Part shown: positions 39,973 to 54,162 of the stretch, piece after piece | How the letters are laid out: the number at the start of each line of letters is the position of its first letter | How positions within the stretch are numbered: position 1 is the stretch's first letter | Source: Callorhinchus milii | Taxonomy: Eukaryota | DNA: 64,000 nt | NCBI RefSeq assembly: GCF_018977255.1 | Contig: NW_024704743.1 | Span: forward strand, 59,646,001 to 59,710,000 | Direction: 5' to 3' | Notes under the pieces: model-generated | What the model saw: the letters and a program-made list of their open reading frames with translations, nothing else | Told to the model about the DNA's origin: nothing | The model's database searches: none | Translations under genes and position numbers: made by a program

Positions 39973-41709
39973 GAAAAAACAAACTCTAAAGCACGCCCAA
40001 CCACGAGTAATTTTGTAAAGTCAACACATACTGTAGTAAGCAACAAACCAGTGATCTTAACACAGTTTACTGGCATATCATTAAGAGATAAACCAAAAAA
40101 TTGGTCTATTCACTGAAAGTAGTGAAAATGACAGAAAAAGAAATAGAATAAGAGAATACAATGGCAAGAACACAGTCCTCCAAAACAATTAATCTACCAA
40201 AATAGTACTGAGATATCTATCTTACAAAGTAATAACCCCGAATCCCTTTCATTTCTAAGAATTTGTGAAGTGCCTTTTGACTTCATTCGGAGATGCTACC
40301 CTACATGAAGGGTGCTTTGCAAATACAAGTGTTGGTTTTGACAGACTTCATACAATAGTTCCTTGCTATTTTTTCCCACAAACCTACCATTAACTGCAAA
40401 TAATCTCCACAGAAGCCATTGTTCAACATTAATCCAACAGCCACTTCTGAGATGCTCACTGCAAGGATCAATGGATTTATTTGCCAAATCTGAACCGTAT
40501 GAATGTTTGTGCTCATACTATTTGGTCCGTGCATGCAGGTCAAAGCAAAAGCAGGAAAGAGATATAGTGCATATACAGAAAACTCATTCACTTATTCCAT
40601 ACCTACAAATTTGACTAAAATAGTCACTACAATTGAAGGCAATTACCTGCTTAAAGTATTGTTTAAAAAAAATCACATTTTCTTACAATACTTAACTCCG
40701 AAACTCAGCTTGGTATCTTGGGCACTGAAGGCTATGGCGTGATCCTCGTTGTTGCTGAATAAAAATAAACTGTGATTTTAGTGGACAACCCAAAATGGCC
40801 TTTTTTTTCACAAAAAGAATCTTGAGCCCTGAAATGATGCAGCATATCTAGGATCAGTCTGTTTCCATAGTTGTAAACTGGAAGTGATTTAATGGAAGGA
40901 ATCCAGAACCTTAGCAGGTGGGGCCTGGGTACTCTTAAATCCGAAATGCCATCTGGCTTTTTAAATAGTCACCGGACTATTCCGTTAGAAGCAGAAATGG
41001 CACCAGTCCTTCCCATTTCAAACTAGAACACTGCTGGACATTTAGAAAACATTACGAGCAATTCTCTGTAGGTTGTGGCATCTTACAATTTGTTAAAGTC
41101 TTGCAAACACATTTATTACAGAGAGATTTCTGTCACCTGAAACAATGCGACTATCAGATGCTGGGCAGATCTGAGCAATTTGGATACTGCTGTGCGCAAT
41201 TGGCTGCCGAGTTTCTCCCACAAAATATAAAGTCCATTCACTTTACAGTATGTTCTGCGAAGCGCTTTGAGACGTCACAAAGATGTGATAAGGTGCCATA
41301 TCAAAAGCAAGGATTATATTAAAGAGTTACTCCATCTTCTGAGATGTACTAGGAACTTGAGGAAAGACAGATAACAGTGCTGAAAACAGTACTCGTTGGG
41401 AAAACTGATGGATTGACATTGTAAAGTGCCATTTACACTGCAGACATGTGAGGTTTGATTGGATTACCACTGTCGTACTTAGTACTTTTTCTGTTTTACC
41501 AACCCTATTAATCTTCTTCTATACTAATAAAATGACAATGTCTGTCTGTGCTTCAAGAAGGATCTCAATAACTGATTGATGTAGAGACATGATTTATACC
41601 TCATCAGAAAGGTCTTGCATCTGGAAGTGACATGGGCATATTTGTTTTCGGGTATCTCCTAACGTTCTTGAGTTATGACCTAAAATATATTTTAGTCTTG
41701 GTTTTCTGC

Positions 41710-41810
41710 TGCAGTTATACCTGGTGGCCATCGAGTCAAAGTGGAGCTGTGGCATTGTGCAGTTACACCTGGTGGCCGAATCGGCTGGTGGTGGCACTGT
41801 GGCATTGTGC
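41710..41810. repeat. Two-copy imperfect tandem duplication, unit about 50 bp
   Basis: gcagtta(t/c)acctggtggcc...gtgg..ctgtggcattgtgc occurs twice. Confidence 0.75.
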
Positions 41811-44139
41811 GTCACAGAGCACTCACGTAGCCAAGTGGTGGCGGGAACAAAATAAAGAACACAGACGAAGCTAAGCCATGGCAACAACAACAAAATTATA
41901 TTTTTAAAGCGCCTTTCACGTCGGGAGGATGTCCCAGTAATTATAAATTATACATGCATAGTTATCATTATAAAGCTGCCTAAGTGAAAATCAAACCTTT
42001 AAATGATAAGTAAGTGCATCTGTCTGTGTGTCCATCTACATTCCATATTGGATCCTTTGGGTACAGCTAGTAGGATGATACCAGGGCTGGCAGACTACTG
42101 CTAACAGGACATAGGATAGGTTTGGCCTTTTCTCGTTACATATTTAAGAGAGGACCTAATAGAGGTGTTCAAAATTAAAAAGTGTTTGATAAGCTTAGCA
42201 TAGAGACTGCTCCCACTACCCAGGTAACATAAATACGATAGTGACGAGGGAAACTAGAAGAGAATTTAGGAGGAATTACTTCACATAGAGGGTAATGAGA
42301 ATATAGAAACATATAAAATTATACAATGGTCCTTCTGACCAATTCTCTTTCAAACCCTCAAATAGATTTCTTCCCAATGATGGGAGGCAATTTTTTTTTA
42401 AAAAGATTATAAATGGGCAATCATGGATAAGTGTAAAATGATTGAGTAGTGCTGAAAATGTAAACTTTAGTTTCTTTCCCTTCCCTCACATTACACCTCC
42501 CTTGTGTTGAAGTAAGGGTTCTAACAGTATTCTAGAATTATTTTTTCTGCTTTTACTTGCTTTTTTATTTTTAACCAGTGTGAAATTCCCACGATAACCA
42601 CTGAAATTATCTCTTGAATGCGACCATTAATTTAGCTCTAATCTTTGGAGTGATGGGCTGAACGTCTTTCATCCAACCGTCTCATGATTATGTTGTAAAT
42701 ATCAGTTGGCAATTAATGTTGTAATAGATTATTTCAGTTTTTCGTGTGAAAAGTGACAAATGGCACATAAGCGATGTACAGGGATATAACACTGACAGTG
42801 CAAAATGACTACGTCAAAGATACGTAGTGTAGGAAGAGTAGGCAATGCAGCTCATTGAGTATGCTCCAGCAAGATGGATCAAAAATATCAGAACACAAAG
42901 TGTGATAATTTTAAAACCACACATTGCTTGCTCATAGCTGTTTTTTCAATAAACAATTTGTTCACGTTTCACTGCCGTCTTGTTACTCAGAATTCTTTCC
43001 TCCCTTCCCTAGTTTCGGGGCAAATGTATTGTTACAATAAACTGCTGAGTCAAACTCCATCATCTTCCATGCAAATTAACAACTTCCTAGAATTAGGATG
43101 ACTTAAAAAGTTCAGCTGTCCGTACAGAGTTTGATCTTCAATGTTTTTTTAAAAAAGTGATCAATTTCTAGAAAAACAAATGTCTCGTAATTTGATCAGG
43201 ATCCAGAACTCTTTTATTCATTTTCCATGGAAAGTTCAAAACCACTGTAAAATGATAAAATCTGGTACAGTTTCAGAAACAGGAAAGCATCACAAACAGG
43301 ATGATTTAAAAGATATCCCTTGAGACATGATGAAAATTAGAACCACTGGGAGTGCAGACAAGAACGAAATAACTTCAGACAAAGGAAAGAAACAAGATTT
43401 GACAAGTAAATAATTCCAAATGCCAGTTCCAAATATTCTGCAAATGTTTTCAGCTAGTACAGAAAAAAATTAAATCAACCTTGAATTAAGCACACCAGTA
43501 GCAATAATACTTGGTGATTGGTTAAAATATTAATACTTCTAGATTTTTTTTTGCCCTCAGCAGATGTAAAACCAATGTGCAATTATCAATTCTTAGTTTC
43601 CAAGGACCAAGTAAAACCAATTGACATCGCCTGATCAAGACAATATTTTCCATCTTTTTCCATGAGTAACTAAATTTTGGGGGGTTAGAAATAATTTTAC
43701 TAGACATCTGTCTCTATCTAGAAGCAATGTGATCACCACAAAAACTACAATGTGGAAAATTGATCTTTAGGATGACCTCCAGTTTAAGCTAAATTTCATC
43801 TCCTTTACCAGCTGAATGCAGATCACGTGACTTTCAACAAGCAGATTAAATCGGAATGGATTATCATTTTTGTAGTCTTGTGCTCCACTAATTCACAAGT
43901 AAACTATTAGGTTGTTTTTAAATTCTAAAACAGATCGCTCAATTGCAACAGGCTTATATCACAGACAATAACCTGCTTAAAAAAAAGCAAAGGAATTTCA
44001 CACCTAATTTCAGCTTCAATTCACGTGGAAGAATCACAGCAATTTCACCAGGTAAAACACACAGAACGAGATTCCACAGAAATAAAATTTATAACTGATA
44101 TGCAATATTATATGATTACCCAAATCACAGTCAACATAT

Positions 44140-44457
44140 GGAGTCCTGGAACTTAGTGATTAGAGCATTTGCCTCGCAAGCGAGAGAACCTGGGTTTGAT
44201 TCGCAGGCGGGGCGAGTTTCCTTACTCCACACGCCTCTGTTCACCTAGCAGTTAGCAGGAACTCGGTTGTTAGTCAATTGGTGGATCACTTTTCCGGGGG
44301 TAATAATCCCTTCAAAAATTTTAAAAAATGATTTGGTCAATCAATCCATGACTGTTCACAGGACACTGGTGTGCGCAATTTGCTGCCACGTTTCACTCAC
44401 AAAATATACAATCAATTCCCTTTACAGTATATTCTGTGAAGAGCTTTGAGACATCTC
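44140..44457 (+). mobile_element. tRNA-derived SINE family B, long form
   Basis: ggagtcctgg head, agtttccttactccacacgcctctg body, 3' gtgaagagctttgagaca. Confidence 0.85.
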
Positions 44458-45404
44458 GGTGGGAGTGGAGGAAGGCAGTCCTGGTCAAGGACCAGAGTTG
44501 GAAGGATAACTGGGATGCCAAGGTTGCGTACAGATTTGGTGAATCTGAGAGATAGGAGAGGGGGTTAAGGAGTTCAGAACCGCAGGTGAGAATTACATTA
44601 CATTAAAAAAAGCTAAGTTGTTTAGGCTCTGGACTTGTAAGAATGTTATACCAATTCGAGCAAGTAATTCAGGCCATTGTCCCATAGACAATAATTAACA
44701 ATTTACTTTTTTTTTAAAAAAGTCAGTCTTCAGTTTCTAGAATCTAGATCAATCATATTTTTCTCCACATAGCCCCTCCCCCCACACACAAAAATAAACC
44801 TTTTTTTAATTACAGGATATAAAATACAGGAAATCGCTACCTCAACAACTTGCATTTAAATTGAGTCCTTTATGCAGGATAGTGCCCGAGTGCTGATAAG
44901 CAAGACACTAATTAGCAGTGCATTTAAAAATATACAGTATTTGTCATTTCAAAAGTCAACTGCAGTACTAAATCAAAGTACTGTAATAACATCTTCCAAA
45001 TCATTACAAACTGCATTATTGTATGTTCAAAGTAGTCCTTGTTTAAAAAAAGGACAAAGAGTTCTATTGTTGTCGGCTTGGCCAATAGAGATTTCAGTCA
45101 CCTTCTGATCAGCAATGAGGACCAAAAGGAATTTGCCTACAGAGATATTGGCCGGATGCCTGGATCATCACTGCTGTTAGCAAACCAGTGCTCAGCAGAA
45201 TTTTTATACACAAAAGGATGCATCTCCAACACCTGGTATCAGAGAGCTTGGAACACACATCTGATCCCCCACATGTATTTGAGGTCCTGATCTTAGTCAC
45301 GTTAATGCGGGGAGGCAGGGGGCCAGGTGCTTCCTTGCACTGTGGGGGAGGAAGGAAAGGAATGAACAAAAAACAGGAGATACGAGACTAAATCACTCTC
45401 AGCA

Positions 45405-46140
45405 ACTTGCATTTAGATGTTGCTTTTTTTTTTAATAGAGGATTTCACAGAGCACTTAATGATTAAAACGAGGACCACTGATCAACAAGGGAGTTATGGA
45501 TTTTGACCAAAAGCAGTCATAAAGGTGTGTTTTTTTAAAAAACCAGAGAATTTTGAAGTCAGGAAGAAGTAATTGAAACAGTTTTGGAAGAGAGATCCAG
45601 AAAGAAGGGACAAAATAGCCGAGTCACCAATGGTGGTTTGGTCTTCAGGTCTCTGCTGAAGGCCTTTCTTTTCGATCGCGCCTTTGGTCACCTTCCTCCC
45701 ACTGGCTCGGTCCCAGGATCTGTTACTGTAAAGTGCTCTTAGATGCCATCTGGCGTGGAGGGCGCTATATAAATCCAAGTTGTTGTTGTTGGAAGGAGTG
45801 AGGAATGAGCAGTCGAGCTGAGTTGGAGAAGTACAGGCAAGAGAATAGGATGCAATTACAAAGGGAGAATTGCACAAGATCATGAAGAGATTTGAAGGTC
45901 AGGAATGCATCTTGGAACCAATCTGCTGAACTACATGGAGCCAGTGGAGTCTATAGAGGATGGGAGGTGATGGTTGTGCAGAGTCTGGTGCAGAAGAGGA
46001 TACGGGTTGCAGAGCTTCGGAACTGTTGGAGTTCATGGAGGGTGGAGGCTGACGAGGAGAATGCTGGAGAAAATCCATCCTTGAGATGATAAATGATTGA
46101 ATGAGGATTTCAGCAGCATGCAGTTGAGGTATGAAGATGG
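45405..46140 (-). mobile_element. Old L2 fragment (minus) with an opposite-orientation L2 tail inserted at about 45640-45790
   Basis: AAEILIQSFIISRMD peptide on minus; plus-strand tail gcgctatataaatccaagttgttgttgtt. Confidence 0.7.
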
Positions 46141-48324
46141 AAAAATGCTCCACTTTGTTGCAAATGATGGATGTTTCTCCTTCAAAGCAAATAGGAGAGT
46201 TTACAACAAAATGTTATGCATCAACTAAAAGGAGAAAATCCATTTAGTGCTGAAAGCACATCCCCAATATTGTTCTTTAAGCAGTTTTTGAAAAAAAAAT
46301 CAATGTTACAACCCGCAATATTGGTAGAATTACATTACATATTGTTGGAAGTAAATTCAAACATATTGGGTTACTTCTGCAACAAAGAATAAGACACAAT
46401 CCCTGCCTGCAAGCTCCTCTAACTATATTGGAGTCATTTGGTTTTAATTCTATTGGAAAAATTAACTCAGTGTGCTTCAACTCTCCAATTTTGAATCAGC
46501 AGCTACTTTTTATTGTTTCTAATCAAATCACAGATTCAGATTACTGTACATTTGCCATACAAGGGCCCTTTACCTACTACCACAAAATGAACTTGAAACA
46601 CTTGGATTGTTTCATTTCTGGCATGTAACTTTAAATGACTCAAGATCCGAATTCACTTTCCACTATATACCAACCCAAAAGTTCTATTGATGTGCCATTT
46701 GTTACTTATTTATCCAATTCAACAGTTAACATTAAGAGTATTCTTGAGGTGTGCTAATAATCCTAATTTAAAAGTTTTATTTTATGTTTCTTTTTCCCTT
46801 TGAGGCCACGCAGCTCGTACTCCTGTATCAGGTGGGCTCATATAGATGGACTTTGCACAGACTTGCACAAGGCTACAGACAACCACATCAATCCGGGCTG
46901 GCCATAAAGGCATGCACTCTTGTCACTGGGCAAAACAGTAATAGTTTTTTACCATAACCAAGCGAAGATTATTTATTTTCTTTTTAAATAAAACAAAGAT
47001 TTGACATCGCAAGTCTCAATTGTTTATTATTTTGGTGTCCAGCAATGGAGGGAAATATGTGTGAATTCTGAAAGGATTTAGAAATATCACAAATCCTGCA
47101 CATACCTGGAAACATCTCATTCTCTGGCAGAATGCCGCTCGAATGCCGATTTTCTCCCGTGAGCCTCCTTTAGCAGAAATCCGACTTCACGAAATTTGGA
47201 AATGAGATAAACATCTGTGCAGGAATCCCAAGCTGGACGTTTCAAGACACATCTGGATAGGCGCTATTTGCAATTCCAGCACTAGATCCTAATGTTGTAT
47301 ATTATATTCCAACGCCTTAGGATGTCCTTCCGACATGAAAGGTGCTTTACAAATGTAATTTTGTTGTTGTCAATTTAGATACCACAAGTTGGATTATTCA
47401 CAAAACTCCCCACATTGCCCTAAAACTCTTTGAGAAGGAAGGGGCATAACTGCTGAAAGCTGAATCGTTTATCAACAGCACAATTTGTTTTGTAATGTGA
47501 CTTACAGCATAATGCAAATTTTAAAATTTCAAAAACAGATACGTTACATATCAGTGCTTTGTCCGGAATTTTTAAAGTTATAGTAGTGGCAATTTCAGTT
47601 TTTGTGGTTGGTTAGCTGCGGCAGAGGAAAGAACAGTTGGCAGCAAGAGATTTTTTTTAAAATATGATTTTTGTAAATATTTTTGGGGTGACTCCAATCT
47701 AATCTCACCTGTACCATTGAGTTATTGAGGGAAGCCTTCTTGGAAAAAGGTCAGTTACTTCACTGGAGGGAGGGAGAGAGCAAATGGGGGAGAACATACC
47801 TAGAACTGCTCTCCCAATCTCTCAGAGGACACCGAAAGAATGGAGGCTGGTAAATTATTCTTCGCTCCTGGAATAATGAATTTGAAATGATCTAGGGAGG
47901 CCTAAGGATAGAGGCAAACTCAAATAACCTACAACAGTGACATTACAAGTGAATCCTATCTTTGCAAATGCAAGGATTATTATCATCATATTATTATAGC
48001 AATAAAGAGAAAACTGAAAGGAAATCATAGTGCAATAATATCAAATGAGTAAGTGAACTATAAAATATAGAGAGGTCCCAATTTCAATCAATGATGAATT
48101 TGTTGATTTCAGACAAGGGTAGTATTCAGGTACAACAGTAGCCAAATGTAAAAGTGTTATTCTTTACTATTTCAGCTCCATTTGGTTACTGGCAAGATGT
48201 GTGTTGTACCAAACAATTAAGTATAATGAGTTTTTAAAAGCGGTGTCAAATACGTTTGGTAACAATGGTAAATATTTGTTGTTGAGGTCGACTCAGTGAA
48301 AAACCTACTAATGTCAACATGATG

Positions 48325-49570
48325 CAACAACAACAAATTACATTAGTATGGGGCCTTTCAAATCAGGAGGATGTCCCAGGGCCCTGGACGGTCAAGCATT
48401 TGTACCCGAGCAAAGGGGTTTGGGATAAGCGAGGGTGGAGGGCAGGGAGGGACGATCAAAGAGGAGGGTCTTAAGACACATCTTGAAGAAGCAAAGGAGG
48501 GAGCAATGTGAAGGGACTGTGGATTGAGTTCCAAAGAGGGGGGCTAGAGAGGCTGAAGTCTCGACCACCAATGTTGGGGCGGGCCTGGCAGGGGATGGGC
48601 AGGGGAGCAGGCTGGAGCCTGCTGAGCAGAGGGAGTGGACAGGTCGATATGGTGTTTGCAGCAACAACAACTTGCATTTATATTGCGCCCTACACACTGG
48701 GTAGCATAACATGCGTTGGTAGCATGTCACAGAGGTAGGAAGGAACAAGGCTGTGAAGAGCTTTGAAGGCGAGAACGAGGATTTTGAGCTCTATCCTCTG
48801 GGGGATAGGGAGCCAGTGGAGCCGAGCGAGGGTGGGGGTGATGGGATCATGGTGCCTGGTGTGGGAGAGGACACGAGCTTCAGAGTTCTGGATGATCTGC
48901 AGGTAAGAGTTGGGAAGGCTGATAAGCAAGGTTGGGATAGTTGAGCCTAGATGTGATGAATGCGTGAATAAGGGATTCGGCAGCCTGAGGGGTGAAGCAT
49001 GGTGGAGGGTGGAGCCGGGCAATGAGGAGGAGGTGGGGGAAGGCAGAGTGGGTCATGGCACGGATGTGGGGTAGAAAAGATAGTTGAGGGTTAAACAAGA
49101 CGCCAAGGTTCCGGACTGGCTTAGTAAGATGGAGTGTGCAACCATGGATAATGATACTGTCAGCGCCTGAGGTGAGGAGGTGCTGACAGGAGTCAATCAG
49201 GAGAGCCTCGGTCTTGTTGACATTCAACTGAAGAAAGTTAGCTCTCATCCAGGACTTGATGTCTGACAGACATTCTGTCAGGACAGCAGTGGTCCTGGAG
49301 TCGAGGGTGGAAGCAGATAGATAGAGTTGGGTGTCATTCACATACATGTGGAAGTTGACCCCAGCTCTGCAGATGATGTCACCAAGAAGGTACATGTACA
49401 TATTGAAGAGGAGGGGACCAAGGACAGAGACAGTGCAGGGGCTGGAGGAGAAGCCATCTGTGGACACCAAGTGGAGACAGTGTGAAAAATAGAATGTGAA
49501 CCAGTCAAGGACAGGACCATGAAGGTTAAGGTGAAAGGAGAGTTGGCGGAGGAGGATAGAATGATCGACC
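48325..49570 (-). mobile_element. L2 LINE, 5'-truncated
   Basis: 196-aa ORF 48880-49470 with VLGPLLFNMYM, YVNDTQLY, FLQLNVNKTE; (GTT)n tail; short nested tail fragment at about 48660-48715. Confidence 0.93.
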
Positions 49571-52302
49571 GGTGTGCAGGGAGGAGTTTTAGTTTCAGTG
49601 TTCTCAGGCTAAGGAGAAGAGACCAAAAATAGCTAAAGTTCTAGAGTGGGATTATACAGGGAAATGATGTTCATCTGCTGTGATAAAATATAATACAAGG
49701 AAAAACTGAACAGCTTTGTGAGAAAATGCTGTTTCAAATTGATCAAGAGAGAAGTGTGGAGTGACACTTAACAAATACAATTATAACTGAAGCAACAATG
49801 AGTTAGCATTGAAACTGAAGACAGACTTCAACACACTTTAAATCTTTTACATGGTTTGTATTCTAATCATGCCACCACCCCCATATAAAATGTGCTCATT
49901 CCAAAACTTCATTTAATCAGGGTTTACACTTTAGATTAGATGTTACTTGACAGTAATTTCTGATGTAAATCGGGAGCAAGAAAGAAAACATTGTTTAAAC
50001 AATACAAACTTGTCAATCACCTTAAATGTAAGAGCAAACATGGCCATTTCTTCTGAATTAGAACCTCAAATTTCTCCAAATACATGACTTTTGACGTGGG
50101 ATGCATCAACAATTTTAGACAATTAGTTTTCTCAATACTTCCATCAATGAACTATACCGCTGATGTAGCAGTAGTCAGTCACAAAAAGTATTCTGGTCAC
50201 TGTTCGGGCTTCAATATTGAAAATGAAAAATTCCAAATGGAAGTCTTACACTTTCCATCAAATGCACGTGTTATTTCATTTTAAGTTCCAAATATTAACT
50301 TCCCCCTTCCTGCATATTCAGGATTGAAATCAAAACACCATAGGTTTCCTACTCTAAATCATTCTTTCGCAAATGAACTGTAAGATTTCTTAATTCATCA
50401 TAATCTACAGACTTTTAAAACCTATATTATTACCTAACCACAATGTCACCATAGGACCACAGAAATATACAGCACAGGAGGTGGCCACTTGAGCCATCAT
50501 CCCCAGGTAAAGTTGGTCAATGCAGTGGCAGCATTAGGTACGTGCAATCCATGCAATTGCAGAGGGCCCTGTCACTGTGACTCAATTACTTGTTGGCTCA
50601 TACGCTTTGGGTCAGGTTCCACTCTGCTCCAAAAACCTACTGAAATTGCCTCCTGCCAACCTAACCACCTGGGGCAGGAGGCGCTCAGCATGATGGTCAC
50701 AGCCAATCTCGGCCCCTCCAGGTCCACACTGGACACCCTTCAGCCAATAGCCAGGCCGCTGGGGTGGGACAGCCACCTACCATGTTTAGTTGCCCGGACT
50801 CTCAGCCAGTTTCCCAGTAACTGAGGAGCTCAAACCATGCCGTAAACAACTGCACGCAACACTGGTAGGAACCCTGCTTCGAGCTTTGTATGGGGCCCTC
50901 ACAAGGTATTTGCTGCCTTTGGGTCATTCACTTTGTGGCTCTTTGTGCTGCATTGCTGTGTCCAGGCTTGCTGTTGTGTTCACCTGCAGGGTGCATATCA
51001 CTGCGCTTCGTTGTGAATTGTTAACTTTGAGATGTCTAAATGATTTGCGATATCAAATGCAAGGATTATTATCAATAATTATTAATAATAATCGGGGCAC
51101 GTCACAGAGTATGCCGTGACGTGTGGTGGCTGTGTGCTTTACGGGATAACACGGCGGCAGATTTGTTTACATCGATGTGCCACACACAGGTGAATGATCT
51201 GCATGTGTGGTTGAGAGTGCATTGCAGCCTGCACCTGGAGCAATCTCTAGGAGAAGCTCTTGCAACTTTGTTTTCTTTATTGGATACAGCACATGTGTGA
51301 GGCGTAGAAGGGCACCAATTGGGTTTGTATAATAAATATGAAAGTCAATGTATTCAGCCAGGGATTCCAAGACCAGATTTGTACTGAGCTACACGTGTGG
51401 CTCATGACCAGTGTGAACAGTCAGTTTCGGCAGAAGCAGCTGCACTTTCTTTGAAATTTTCACGAAGAACAAACTTCTCCATAATTTCTAGCATGTTAAG
51501 CAACAATGCCCTTTAAAGATTATAATCCCTAGTTTTGTATGGAAAGAGAACCATGGTCAGAAGTGGACTCCATCTCTCACGAGAATTCATGACCAGTGAA
51601 CCTTCAACAAGCTGATGTAAATGACGCATCAGACAACAACAAGATACTCCCCCTTCTGCAGATTTGTACTTCTAATTGTTACACCGGAGATGCATGTGTG
51701 AATATCTAATTACTTACGATGTGAATCAAAAACACACAGTAACAGTGTAGTCTTTGTGGAATCACTACAACAAAGACATTGCTTTTGCGTGTATAAATAA
51801 ATACATTGAAAACACTGGGGGGTTTTGATTATTCCACGTTCAATTCAAACTTGCAGCAATTACGCAATAATTAGTTAATTTTCAAATGCAACTTTGTACA
51901 CAAGCCATTGATGCTTGTGCAGTTGCACGTGCAAGTTGCTAGTGTTTAATTGACACGCATTTACATATGAAGAGAGTAGAGACATAAGGAGGTGCAAGTT
52001 ATATTCATTTAAATAAATGGAAAACAGTTCACGGGAACTGTGTGTTTAATATATTATATTGTCACTCAAAAAACATCAATTTAGTATCAATTAAATAAAC
52101 TCACTTTGTTCGATTATTCAGATGATTTCTTCATTTGAATTTTTTACCTCATACATATAATGCATTTAAAAAGCCATGTACGTGTCTCTATAAACAAATT
52201 GTCAGCAATAATCTTCTGAGATACATGCTTTCTATTGAAGTTGAGGTGGCTGTGAGCCATACTAAGACCCTTAATGAGCCACATGTAGCGTGAGGTTTGA
52301 TA

Positions 52303-52768
52303 ACATTCTATTAGGGGACTTATCAGTAAGGTTTGTGGACAATGAGTTCTCTGCAAGGAAGATAACACAAATAAGGCTGTATATTGCTTTCTAGGGGCAA
52401 AGGTGATGAAATATAAAAGTAAAAATGTAAGGGCAGGTAAAATAATGAGTGGGGAGGGATTTAATCCAGTTGTGTTTTTACATGTGGGGACAAATGACAT
52501 TATGGATGGAAAATCTGAGCAGCTAAAGCAAGAATGTATGGAGTTGGTTAACAGTTTTGAAAAGAAGTGAGCAAACATGGTGATGTCTATATTACTCAGA
52601 AGTTTTGAAAAAATTAACATGTTAATCAGCTTCCACTACTGGTCAGGAAGTGTGTGTGCAGAAGGGAATCAAGCTTGTGGACAACTGGGAAACATTTTCA
52701 AAGTAGATGAAGTGTCTGTATGAAGGATGGTATATGTCTAACTAAATGAGGTGCTAAACTGCTGGCAC
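52303..52768 (+). mobile_element. Decayed LINE ORF1 SGNH/GDSL esterase domain
   Basis: ILLGD, then VYCFLGAKV...PVVFLHVGTNDI in one frame, then KDGICLTK*GAKLLA; these correspond to SGNH blocks I, II, III and V. Confidence 0.75.
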
Positions 52769-52995
52769 ACAACAGAGTGGTGGAAATGTGGAACTTGCTA
52801 TCACAAGGAGTAGTTGAGGCGAGTAGCATAGATGTATTTAAGGGGAAGCTAGATAAGTACATGGGGAGAAAGGAATTGAAAGTTATGCTGACAAGCTTAG
52901 TTGAGGAAGGGCAGGAGGAGGCTCATGTGGAGCATAAACACCGACATAGACCGGTTGGGCTGAATGGCCTGTTTCTGTGCTGTATATTCTATCTA
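52769..52995 (+). mobile_element. CR1 LINE 3' end
   Basis: RVVEMWNLLSQGVVEASSIDVFKGKLDKYM and 3' gggctgaatggcctgtttctgtgctgta. Confidence 0.9.
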
Positions 52996-54162
52996 ATAGC
53001 AATTGTGTTCACTTAAACTAGATTTGGAGGGGGGGGGATGCTGTGGTAGATAAGAGGGTAGGTATTCCGGAGGCATGAGATTGGATGGGCCTTCATCTTG
53101 TGATCTTGTGTCTGTGGTAGCTCTTAAGAACAATCTAAGTCCCATTTACCAGCCCCTTCCCTTGTAGACTCCTTTAAAGGTATCTATCTAGTTCCCTTTT
53201 AAAAGCCAATATGGATTCTGTCACAACCACTGCTCCCGGCAGGGTATTCCATAACCCAACTACTCTGTGCATTTAAAAAAAACTCTAAACCTCCCCATTA
53301 GCTATTTTAAATCGATGCTTTCTAGTCACTCACTGACTCACCGACCAGTGGAAATAGTTTCTATCCATTTACTTCATTTATCTAGTCATCTCTCCCCTTT
53401 TTAAGTTTGGTGATATCCTGCTCTTCATTCAGGTTTCTCAATAATAAAAAATGCAGAATAATTACAATACATAGCTTAGGTAAATCTTGCTTTAACGTAT
53501 AAGACATTCACTTGGTTCTGCATAGACTTATGTCAGCAACACCAAATTATCTCAGTGTTTAACAACCTTGCCCACTGTGTTCCAAAAGGAATTGCATCAC
53601 CCAGTTACTAAAGTACATTGCTTTTTAGAACTACGGAAATTATAGTGTCCTAAGATGTGGCAAGCTCATCCAGTGGAGCGAGCTACTATACACTTCAGTT
53701 TTACACTGGCATACGTTTCACTGCAAATATCTTCAACAGACTATTTCTAGAACGGTTAAAAGGAGACAGAAAATCAGCAAGCCTGGATTTTAAAAAGTTG
53801 TGAGAAAGCCAAAATCAGCGTCCAAGCTTTGAGAGGAATGCTGCATGTGCAGTACTTGCATAATATGGCAACTCACCTGAGAGAGAAACTGGAATAAAAT
53901 TATTTTTGAGAAATACATAAGTCTTTGACAAACATCGTACGCTCTTAGAAATCCTTTATTTTGCATCAGCTTCCATCAGGGAACAATGCACCAAATCGCT
54001 CTCATCAATCAGACCAATCCAGTCATGTAATTCAAGTAACATTTTCGCCCACAAATATACAGTCAATTTATTTTACAGTATATTCTGTGAAGCTTTTTGA
54101 GACATCTCGAGGACGTGATAAGGCACTTTATCAAATGCAAAGATTATTATTGTATTATTACT

